From Halieaceae bacterium (lineage in GTDB: Bacteria > Pseudomonadota > Gammaproteobacteria > Pseudomonadales > Halieaceae), in the NCBI GenBank assembly GCA_902613175.1, contig CACMGJ010000001.1:37569-101568 (forward strand): a stretch of 64,000 nt of DNA, given 5' to 3'. The first letter of the stretch is position 1; the number at the start of each line of letters is the position of its first letter. The translations under genes were made by a program, and so were the position numbers. Of this stretch, positions 1-10,969 are shown piece by piece. The notes under the pieces are model-generated. The model saw only the letters and a list, made by a program, of their open reading frames with translations, had not been told where the DNA came from and made no database searches.

Positions 1-2
1 AC

Positions 3-3138
<3,136 letters not shown>

Positions 3139-3139
<1 letters not shown>

Positions 3140-3843
3140 TGGCTCATGTGAACTACCAACAGCGTCGCCAGCAGATCCAGCATTACTTCGATCGCACGGC
3201 CGCGGACGTCTGGGCGCGATTGACCTCAGACGAACCCGTGAGTGGCATTCGTGAAACGGTGCGCTCGGGTCGCGAGGAAATGCGAAATACGTTGCTGAGT
3301 TGGTTGCCTGAGAACTTGTCCGGTCGGCAAGTATTAGACGCGGGTTGTGGCACCGGCGTTATCTCTATCGAGCTTGCAAAGCGTGGTGCTGAAGTGATCG
3401 CCGTTGATCTGTCACAGTCCCTGATCGAGCTCGCAAATGAGCGTTACTCGACGATGGACGAGTACCACCGTATTCAATTCATTGTCGGTGATATGCGCCA
3501 ATTAGAAGGCCAGCGCTTTGATCATGTGCTAGCGATGGACTCAATTATTCATTACGCGGCCCAAGATGGGCTCCGGACGCTTGAGACACTCGCGGACAGC
3601 GTTGATGAGTCGATGGTGTTTACCTTCGCTCCGAAGACCTTGCCACTGGCGGCAATGCACGCCGTCGGAAAGTTGTTCCCTCGAAGTGATCGCGCGCCGG
3701 CCATCGAGCCAATAGCTCCCGCTGCTCTCCTGAAATCACTCGGTAACTCGACTGAGTTGACTGACTGGCAAGTGGGTAGAGAGCACAAAGTTTCAACGGG
3801 CTTTTACACTTCTCAAGCAATGGAGTTATTCAGAGAATGCTGA
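3139..3843 (+). CDS. bchM: Mg-protoporphyrin IX methyltransferase
   Basis: YFDRTA...W, VLDAGCGTG SAM motif, MDSIIHY, FPRSDRAPAI. bchHLM context. Confidence 0.96.
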
Positions 3844-5267
3844 TTTCGCGCGAGCAGTTTATGGCGTTGACCGCTCGAATTAACGAGCGATATCTGCCAT
3901 GGCTGAACGTTGTTCAGGGTGATCTCACCCTATCTCGTCTCGCGCGCCTGTCACTGTTCCAAGTGTCTGTTGGAATTTGTTTTGTACTGCTGAACGGTAC
4001 GCTTAACCGCATCATGGTGGTCGAGCTGGGCCGAGCGGCATGGCTGGTGTCGGCGATGTTGGCACTACCACTGTTACTCGCGCCGGCTAGGGTGCTCATT
4101 GGTTATCGCTCCGATAATCATCAGTCCTTCTTAGGCTACCGGCGACTCCCCTATTTGTGGATGGGAACCATGGGACAGTTTGGTGGACTTGCACTCATGC
4201 CATTTGCACTCGTCCTTATGACATCCGCCGATGCTAGTGCCTCGTGGATGGGCTTCGGCGCATCACTGGGAGCTTTATTGCTCGTCGGCGCGGGCATGCA
4301 CACTACGCAGACCGCTGGCCTTGCTTTAGCCACTGATTTGGCCTCTGAAAAGACGCGCCATCAGGTCGTGACAATGCTCTATCTGATGTTATTAGTGGGC
4401 ATGGTGATTGGTGCTCTCGGATTCTCGTTGTTACTCGAGCCCTTCAGCTATTTCAGGCTAATTCAGGTCATTCAGGGGTCAGCATTGGTTGTCGCCGGTC
4501 TCAATATTGTGGCCATGTGGCAAATGGAGCCTAGACGGCCCGATCTGACAAGCTTCGAGCTATCGCGACCCAGTTTTGGACAGTCGTGGAGGGCACTATC
4601 CGCAAACCCTGGTGCGCAACGACTGTTAATTGCAGTGGCTTTGGGAACGCTGGGCTTCAGCATGCAGGAAATTCTACTGGAGCCCTATGGTGCTGAAGTA
4701 TTGGCGATGTCCGTCAGTCAGACTACGCGCCTCACCGCCATATTCGCGGGTGGTATGTTGATCGCAATGGCACTGTCGGCACGATATCTCGGTCGCGCGG
4801 GTGAACCCATTCGGCTGGCTGCGTACGGTGCTGTAGTTGGGGTGTTCGCGTTCGCGGCTGTCATTATGGCCGGTGCCTTTGACTCCCTTACCTTGTTTGC
4901 TGCTGGCACGTTGCTAATCGGTATTGGCAATGGATTGTTTGCTGTCGGTACGTTAACGGCTGCCATGTTATTGGCAGGCGCTGCCTCTGCCGGTCTCGTG
5001 ATCGGGACCTGGGGTGCGGTTCAGGCAACAGCCGTCGGCTGTGCCGTGTTCCTAGGTGGTGCGCTACGAGATATGACGGAAGCCCTGATACAGGGCGGCA
5101 TGATCAGTCAGCAATTGTCAGGCCCCGCGACACCTTATGGCGCGGTTTATCACCTCGAAATAATTATCTTATTCGCCTCGCTCGTTGCATTGGGACCATT
5201 GGTGCGGCGGCTAGGCAATGACAAGGACCAACCACTCACAATGAAACTTGCTGATTTCCCGAGTTAG
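3837..5267 (+). CDS. lhaA: PucC/LhaA-family LH1 assembly membrane protein (BCD MFS)
   Basis: RLSLFQVSVG, GTLNRIMVVEL, GLALATDLA, LLEPYG, WGAVQAT. Lies between bchM and puhA. Confidence 0.92.
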   Translation: MLISREQFMALTARINERYLPWLNVVQGDLTLSRLARLSLFQVSVGICFVLLNGTLNRIMVVELGRAAWLVSAMLALPLLLAPARVLIGYRSDNHQSFLGYRRLPYLWMGTMGQFGGLALMPFALVLMTSADASASWMGFGASLGALLLVGAGMHTTQTAGLALATDLASEKTRHQVVTMLYLMLLVGMVIGALGFSLLLEPFSYFRLIQVIQGSALVVAGLNIVAMWQMEPRRPDLTSFELSRPSFGQSWRALSANPGAQRLLIAVALGTLGFSMQEILLEPYGAEVLAMSVSQTTRLTAIFAGGMLIAMALSARYLGRAGEPIRLAAYGAVVGVFAFAAVIMAGAFDSLTLFAAGTLLIGIGNGLFAVGTLTAAMLLAGAASAGLVIGTWGAVQATAVGCAVFLGGALRDMTEALIQGGMISQQLSGPATPYGAVYHLEIIILFASLVALGPLVRRLGNDKDQPLTMKLADFPS

Positions 5268-5291
5268 AAACCACTGCCAGGAGGACACACC

Positions 5292-6050
5292 ATGGGTACT
5301 GGAGAATTTTACTTAGACTTTGCAGCGATTGTATTCACCGTTTTTTGCGGTGCATTCGTATACCTCGTGCTCTACCTTCATAAAGAAGGTAAGCGCGAAG
5401 GTTTTCCGCTTCGTCACGACGGACGGGTTGATAACTATAGCACCGGTGTAGGCGGTCTTCCGGATCCAAAAACCTACAAACTCGCACACGGTCAGGGCGA
5501 GCGCACAGTTCCCGGGCCAATGCCGGATCAGTATGAGCTTAAGGCAAAGCCCACACATGCTCACCCCGGAGCGCCCCTCGAGCCCACTGGCGACCCCATG
5601 GTTGACGGCGTTGGGCCAGCGGCATACTCAATCCGTCCCGAGCGTCCGGACCTTACGGTTGACGGTGCGCCGCGAATCGTACCGCTGCGCGTCGATAGCG
5701 ATCATAAGGTCCATAAAAATGATCCTGATCCTCGCGGTAAGGCAGTCTACGGCTGTGATGGCGAGCGAGGTGCGACGGTTGTTGATTTATGGGTCGATCG
5801 TGCTGAGCCACATTTCCGTTATGCAGAGCTGGATGTTGGAGACCGACGGGTGTTGCTTCCTATGACGCTTGCTCGTGTTAAGACCGATGGCTCTGTTCAC
5901 GTTAAATCGATCCGCGGCGATCAGTTCAAGCAAGTACCGGGCTTGGCTAATCCTGATCAGGTGACATTGCAGGAAGAAGATAAGATCGTAGCGTTCTACG
6001 GTGGCGGTACACTTTACGCGATGCCGGATCGCCAAGGCCCTTGGCTATGA
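5292..6050 (+). CDS. puhA: Photosynthetic reaction centre H subunit
   Basis: Single N-terminal TM followed by EGKREGFP; GAPLEPTGDPMVDGVGPAA, DLWVDRAE, VTLQEEDKI..YGGG. RBS CAGGAGG upstream. Confidence 0.97.
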   Translation: MGTGEFYLDFAAIVFTVFCGAFVYLVLYLHKEGKREGFPLRHDGRVDNYSTGVGGLPDPKTYKLAHGQGERTVPGPMPDQYELKAKPTHAHPGAPLEPTGDPMVDGVGPAAYSIRPERPDLTVDGAPRIVPLRVDSDHKVHKNDPDPRGKAVYGCDGERGATVVDLWVDRAEPHFRYAELDVGDRRVLLPMTLARVKTDGSVHVKSIRGDQFKQVPGLANPDQVTLQEEDKIVAFYGGGTLYAMPDRQGPWL

Positions 6051-6670
6051 ATGAGTACGAGTACGAGCCCATTGCTGGGCTCCCTGGGGACTTGCCAGGG
6101 GGAGAACACGTCCTTTGGCAGGCATCCCCTAGTTGGGAGTCTTTGGCGAAGCGCGTATTTCAGGTCTACACGGCGTCACTTTACTTTGCCGTGTTGATTG
6201 TTGGCCATGCTGTCTACCGGATCATGGATGGTGCGTCGGTATCGGTATTGACCGGCACATTGACGTGGCAAGGTGCCTTGGCGTTGACCGTCATTGGTAT
6301 TTTGGCCTTCATGGCGAAGCTTTACGCTGAGACCACGATCTACACCATCACTAACCGACGTTTGGTTATCCGCTCGGGTGTGGCGTTGCCGATGATAGTG
6401 AACCTGCCATTAACCAAGGTGGAGTCGGCAGGATTGCGCCGCCTCCGAGACGGTACGGGAGATATTACATTCCTGCCGTTGGAGGGCACGAAAGTTTACT
6501 GGCTCATGCTTTGGCCACATGTTCGACCTTTCAATTTCCGACGAGTGCAACCATTACTCAGGGGAATACAGGATCCTGATTCGGTCGCACGTCTGCTGGT
6601 TAATGTCATTGAGGAAATGCGCGAAACGTCGAACGATGAGCTTGAAGCGACAGAGATCGCTGCGGTTTAA
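6047..6670 (+). CDS. puhB: Photosynthetic complex assembly protein PuhB
   Basis: EPIAGLPGDLPGGEHVLWQ, TIYTITNRRL, LWPHVRP. ATGA overlap with the puhA stop. Confidence 0.92.
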   Translation: MNEYEYEPIAGLPGDLPGGEHVLWQASPSWESLAKRVFQVYTASLYFAVLIVGHAVYRIMDGASVSVLTGTLTWQGALALTVIGILAFMAKLYAETTIYTITNRRLVIRSGVALPMIVNLPLTKVESAGLRRLRDGTGDITFLPLEGTKVYWLMLWPHVRPFNFRRVQPLLRGIQDPDSVARLLVNVIEEMRETSNDELEATEIAAV

Positions 6671-6704
6671 CAGACGCTAGTTCACAACTAGCTAGGGGGA
6701 TAAT

Positions 6705-7184
6705 GTGGGTTGGCCCGGATTGTTATTCGGAGTGCTTCGGCACCCTATCTTTTTATTGCTAGCGTTAATTGCACTGGCGTGGTCACTCATTGCCGTCAAT
6801 GACCAGGGCTACCAAGGCCCGCCACAAAAACCCGATGTGCAGATCGTTGCTAGCGTTACCTTGAAAGTCGTTGATGGTGACGCCGGTGGTGTGATGATTT
6901 TTCCGTCGAGTGTCGCTGATCCTATTGTTCAGTATGGTGCGGGGGAGGGTAGTTTCTTCCGCGGTGTCATGCGAACCCTTGTCCGTGAGCGTTCTGCTCG
7001 TTCCATCATCGACAAGCCCGAATTCGTTCTCGAATTAACGTCCCAAGGTGGTCTGATTCTGGTCGATGAACTCACCGGCTACTGGATAGCAATAGAGGCG
7101 TTCGGTCCTGACAATTACCGTGAGTTTCGATCGATTTTTGATAAGGCTCGCGAATCGTCACTGGTCGTGGCGGATAGAAACTAA
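6705..7184 (+). CDS. puhC: Photosynthetic complex assembly protein PuhC
   Basis: N-terminal TM, GSFFRGVMRTLVRER, AFGPDN motif. Follows puhB. Confidence 0.88.
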   Translation: MGWPGLLFGVLRHPIFLLLALIALAWSLIAVNDQGYQGPPQKPDVQIVASVTLKVVDGDAGGVMIFPSSVADPIVQYGAGEGSFFRGVMRTLVRERSARSIIDKPEFVLELTSQGGLILVDELTGYWIAIEAFGPDNYREFRSIFDKARESSLVVADRN

Positions 7185-7976
7185 GTGATGTTTTGGCCTG
7201 CTTTAGTCACCGCTGTGTCCTCATGGTGGCTACTCACAGGACTCGCCCTGTTGTTGGCTCATCAATCGGGGCAACGTGCTCGCGCCGGATTTATGTTGGT
7301 CTCGGTACTAGCACTGTCTGCCTTACTCTTAGTACCCTTTACGGCAAGTTTAGAATCCCCGATGGCAGCAGCGATCGGATTTATTTTAGGGTTGGTCATT
7401 TGGTGTTGGTTAGAAATCAGTTATCTGCTGGGTTATGTGAACGGGCCCAATCATCAGCCCTGCCCCCCACAGCTTACAGTCTGGGATCGTTTCAAACGCG
7501 CTGTCTCGACAACGATCTATCACGAGGCTTGTGTGGTGGGCACGGTTGCGTTTCTTGCTCTGATTAGTGTGTCGGAACCCAATCCCACCGCTTTCTACAC
7601 GGTGACTGTCCTCTGGTTAATGCGGTGGAGTGCCAAGCTCAACTTGTTTTTCGGTGTTCGGGCGTTCAACGAACGCTGGTTACCAGACCACCTGAATTAC
7701 CTGGTTTCTTATTTGAGAACCGATCGTTTGAGTGCTTTCTTACCCATCTCGACCGCAATCGGGTTTTTTGTCACCTACCTGATTTTTGAAAACGCAACGA
7801 CTGTCCCGGACCTCACACAGCAGCTATCGCTTTATTTGGTCGGGAGTTTGATGCTGTTGGCGTCAATTGAGCACTTATTTCTTATGTTTCCAGTAAATGA
7901 GGCTGCATTATGGCACTGGGCCCGTGCCAACGAGCCGCAATTGCGGGCAGTTCGGGTCGAAAAAGATGAAATCTGA
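7185..7976 (+). CDS. puhE: Photosynthetic complex assembly protein PuhE (DUF3623)
   Basis: WWLLTG, WLEISYLLGYVNGP, MRWSAKLNLFFG, IEHLFL. Multi-TM protein in the puh operon. Confidence 0.88.
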   Translation: MMFWPALVTAVSSWWLLTGLALLLAHQSGQRARAGFMLVSVLALSALLLVPFTASLESPMAAAIGFILGLVIWCWLEISYLLGYVNGPNHQPCPPQLTVWDRFKRAVSTTIYHEACVVGTVAFLALISVSEPNPTAFYTVTVLWLMRWSAKLNLFFGVRAFNERWLPDHLNYLVSYLRTDRLSAFLPISTAIGFFVTYLIFENATTVPDLTQQLSLYLVGSLMLLASIEHLFLMFPVNEAALWHWARANEPQLRAVRVEKDEI

Positions 7977-8010
7977 GCGCTTCTTTTGTCTTATTTTCGT
8001 TTAACTTTCC

Positions 8011-8039
8011 TTGACGAGTTATATTTCGAGGAATAGTGT
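8011..8039 (+). promoter_or_regulatory. Putative sigma70 promoter for the hemN-like gene
   Basis: TTGACG (8011-8016), 17 bp spacer, TAGTGT (8034-8039), in an AT-rich intergenic stretch. Confidence 0.35.
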
Positions 8040-8171
8040 AGGCGCTTGGGAATGCGTTTTGTGTTCCCGACTGACTGGTGCTCCTGTAGCGCTTCCGTTT
8101 GCGGTCTTCGGTCGACGACACCGGTGAACCCAGCCAGCGACTAACGCGGTACTGAACGGGGTGCGTACTAC

Positions 8172-9485
8172 ATGACATGGTTGAATCAAAAGCCACCGGG
8201 CTTAGATGACATCTTTGATCGACATGGTAGCCCACACGCAATAGCGGGGGAGGCCATTGCGGTGGTCGACGAAAATGCGCATCTGTCTCTATCGAACGCA
8301 TTGAGAGAGAGTGAGGCCACAACGGCCGCGCTCTATATTCATATTCCATTTTGCCCTAGTCGCTGTCTTAGCTGTGATCACCTCACCATTGTCGAACACG
8401 ATCACAAGGTAATGGATCGCTACCTAGCTGACCTGCACGATGAGTTGGCGTTAATGGCAGGGCAGTCAGGATTATCTTTACAGATAAACCGTATCCATAT
8501 CGGAGGGGGCTCGCCGAACTATCTTGACGACGTTCAACTCGCTAGGCTCATGGCCTCCATTCACGGTGCCTTTGATGTAACGGCGGTCGCGGATATCTCG
8601 ATGGAAATTAATCCTAGACGGACCTCCCGTTCACAGTTGGATTTAATTCAGGGCCTCGGTGTACAGCATCTGCATCTGGAGGTCCGAGACGTCGATGCTA
8701 ATGTGCAGAGTGAGCTCGGTAGAACGCAGTCATTTAGTCTCTTAGAAGACGTTTTTAGCATGGCGCGAGATATGAAATTCGCCAGCGTCAACATGGATTT
8801 GGTTTTCGGCCTTCCAGGTCAAACGTCTAAGTCAATCAAAAACAGCGTTGCGATGATCGCCGAGTTGGCGCCGGATATGTTGGTATGTCAGCAGTACACG
8901 CGACGACCTCAACAATTTCCTCATCACGCGGCGCTTGCTGATGATGCCATGCCCGGTTTGGCCGAGAAGCTTGCGATATTTAATGCGGTGGCGGTGGGGC
9001 TCGAAGATGAGGGTTATGAGTGGATTGGGTTAAACGCATTTGTTCGACCCGGCCATGAGTTCAGTGCAGCGCAAGCGAATGGCACATTGAGGTATAGCGC
9101 ATTTGGGTACAGTGAGACAGACGTTTCGCAGGTCCTCGGTGCTGGATTGGGTGCAGTTAGTGAAGTTGGCGGCCTTGTGGCGCAGAACTTTGTTGATATC
9201 GACGCGTGGCAGATTGCTATCGGTCAAGGCCGTCTCGCAACCCAAGTAATGATTGAGACTAGCGAGTTTGAAGTTGCGCGCCGTTCGGTTATGCGTCGAT
9301 TAATGTGTAACAGTGAGGTGCCAATTTCCTCAGTTCACCAACCAGATGTGTTAACCCTCATAGAGTCTCTAGAGAACCAGGGCTACACCGAACAACGAGA
9401 TGCTCACGTCTATCTAACGGAACTCGGTAGAATGGCACTGCCACATTTTTGGTCGGATTCTTCGCCAAGATTTCGCTGGTTGTAA
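8172..9485 (+). CDS. HemN-like radical SAM protein (divergent; coproporphyrinogen dehydrogenase activity doubtful)
   Basis: LYIHIPFCPSRCLSCD (CxxxCxxC), IGGGSP, NMDLVFGLPGQT, GYEWIG. Several HemN signature residues are changed (see findings). Confidence 0.8.
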   Translation: MTWLNQKPPGLDDIFDRHGSPHAIAGEAIAVVDENAHLSLSNALRESEATTAALYIHIPFCPSRCLSCDHLTIVEHDHKVMDRYLADLHDELALMAGQSGLSLQINRIHIGGGSPNYLDDVQLARLMASIHGAFDVTAVADISMEINPRRTSRSQLDLIQGLGVQHLHLEVRDVDANVQSELGRTQSFSLLEDVFSMARDMKFASVNMDLVFGLPGQTSKSIKNSVAMIAELAPDMLVCQQYTRRPQQFPHHAALADDAMPGLAEKLAIFNAVAVGLEDEGYEWIGLNAFVRPGHEFSAAQANGTLRYSAFGYSETDVSQVLGAGLGAVSEVGGLVAQNFVDIDAWQIAIGQGRLATQVMIETSEFEVARRSVMRRLMCNSEVPISSVHQPDVLTLIESLENQGYTEQRDAHVYLTELGRMALPHFWSDSSPRFRWL

Positions 9486-9497
9486 GCTTTGTAAGCC

Positions 9498-10070
9498 TCA
9501 GGCGCGTAGAGGTATCTGCCCACTAAATTCGTCTTTAATACGTTGCCACTCCATGGCAAACCAGGGAGTCGTCTGCATTTTGTCATCATAGAGCCATTCA
9601 TCCACCGTATTGATGGAGACCCATGTGGTCTCTGCAATCTCGGTAGGGTTGAAGTCTGACTGGGGTCTACCGGTCACGTTTCCAATAAATACGGAGCACA
9701 GCTCGTGTTCACTGCCAATATCATTGAACATGGCGTGATATTGAAACTTGAAGAGGAATGTCAGTTGAGACTCTAAGTTGAGTTCCTCTTTGAGGCGGCG
9801 TTTGGTTGCTTGAGTCAGGGATTCTCCGCGTCTGGGGTGGCTGCAACAGGTATTTGACCAGTACTCAGGCCAAAGTGGTTTAAGTGAACTTCGTTGCTGA
9901 AGCAGCACCTCGCCCTGATCATTGAATAAGAAAATCGAAAACGCTCTATGCAAAACACCATTGCCACGATGCGCAGCCGCTTTCTCCTCAAAGCCTATGA
10001 CAACGTCATCGCTATCTACGAGCATCAGTGGCTCGTTGTCGAAGGATACGATGTCGGATGTCTCTTCCAT
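9498..10070 (-). CDS. idi: Isopentenyl-diphosphate delta-isomerase type 1
   Basis: LHRAFSIFLFN, LLQQRS..K, WSNTCCSHP, RRLKEEL, EHELC, TPWF. Confidence 0.95.
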   Translation of the reverse strand: MEETSDIVSFDNEPLMLVDSDDVVIGFEEKAAAHRGNGVLHRAFSIFLFNDQGEVLLQQRSSLKPLWPEYWSNTCCSHPRRGESLTQATKRRLKEELNLESQLTFLFKFQYHAMFNDIGSEHELCSVFIGNVTGRPQSDFNPTEIAETTWVSINTVDEWLYDDKMQTTPWFAMEWQRIKDEFSGQIPLRA

Positions 10071-10121
10071 AACGTAAGTTTAAAGCGGTTTTGCTGTGTG
10101 CGTCAGGTAACAAAAGGCAAT

Positions 10122-10263
10122 AAAAAGACCCACTCCTTGGGGAAGGATACGTGAACTGAGCAATTCGGGCGGAGATCGGCGATCGTAGCTCTGGGGGCAG
10201 GGTGATCGCGAAGTCCCGATTGGGTTCACATCGCAGCGTCTGGGGGCAGCCGGTGCGTGGGTC
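10122..10263. ncRNA. Candidate structured RNA: three-armed junction with identical GGGG/CCCC tetraloops downstream of pufA
   Basis: Closing stem GACCCAC(10127-33)/GTGGGTC(10257-63). Arms: TCCTT-GGGG-AAGGA; GTGAAC...CTG-GGGG-CAG...GTTCAC; CGCA...CTG-GGGG-CAG...TGCG. A U-tract follows on the minus strand. Confidence 0.5.
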
Positions 10264-10264
10264 G

Positions 10265-10296
10265 AAAACATCAGGGCCCTTTTTAAGGGCCCGATT
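10265..10296 (-). terminator. Hairpin/terminator after pufA
   Basis: GGGCCCTT-TTT-AAGGGCCC inverted repeat ~15 bp after the pufA stop, followed on the minus strand by TGTTTT. Confidence 0.6.
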
Positions 10297-10308
10297 CTAT
10301 GACGGTAC

Positions 10309-10512
10309 TTACTGCCGTGAGGGAGGGAGTGCCTCCGCCATGGCCGCAGGTGCTGCATATGGGCCATCGATCCAGTTGTACTTCGCAGAGCTCAACAGGA
10401 CGAAGTGGATCAGCAGTGCCACTGAGAACAGGAAAACACCCTGCGCTACCAGTACCCGACGTGGATCAAAGACCTTCCAGATCCTTGAGAAGGGCTGTAA
10501 TGTTTTTGCCAT
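10309..10512 (-). CDS. pufA: Light-harvesting complex 1 alpha subunit
   Basis: [25 protein letters not shown] (BChl-binding His), YNW. RBS GGAGA. Confidence 0.95.
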   Translation of the reverse strand: MAKTLQPFSRIWKVFDPRRVLVAQGVFLFSVALLIHFVLLSSAKYNWIDGPYAAPAAMAEALPPSRQ

Positions 10513-10585
10513 TTCATTTCTCCATTTGTATTCACGACAAGCCCGTCAAGCCGGACAGTCGCTTGGTTAAGGTGATAGCCTCGGA

Positions 10586-10738
10586 TTACATTCCGAACCA
10601 GGGCTGCCACATCCATACAAGTATGTGAGCTCCGCTTGCGATAGCCACAAACGTCCACATGCCTTTTTCGTAAGACCGCATGAACTCGCTAGCTTCGCTA
10701 GCTGTGAGTCCTGACATGCCTACATTTTCGTCACTCAT
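10586..10738 (-). CDS. pufB: Light-harvesting complex 1 beta subunit (50 aa)
   Basis: MSDEN..SGLTASEASEF...AHILVWMWQPWF. GGAGG RBS just before ATG at 10738. The track ORF to 10879 is an over-extension. Confidence 0.92.
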   Translation of the reverse strand: MSDENVGMSGLTASEASEFMRSYEKGMWTFVAIASGAHILVWMWQPWFGM

Positions 10739-10969
10739 GGTTTTACCTCCCATGTAGTAGTTCGCGATCTGTCGCAGCTCGGTAATCAATACCTTGATAC
10801 GACGTCCTTCACCGGAATTAGGGTGGAAACACCTTGATTCCGCTGATCTTCCCGGAGAGATGTCTGTGTAAGCACGCATCCCCAGGGAGATAAGTCCACA
10901 CTGGTGTGTGGTTACGAGGGCAGGGCAGATGCCCTCGCAGTTTTATTCATTCACTCTCTGTCGAGTTAT

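Noticed and set aside
10080-10367. 95-aa minus-strand ORF after pufA as a possible pufX or second antenna gene
   Set aside because: It overlaps pufA out of frame, lacks LH or PufX features, and runs through the hairpin region.
10785-10798. FNR-like site upstream of pufB
   Set aside because: The half-sites are in reversed order (ATCAA-N4-TTGAT rather than TTGAT-N4-ATCAA), so it is treated as a hairpin only.
10861-10878. PpsR-like TGT-N12-GCA upstream of pufB
   Set aside because: It is mismatched, has no partner box, and lacks the AT-rich spacer seen in the other sites.
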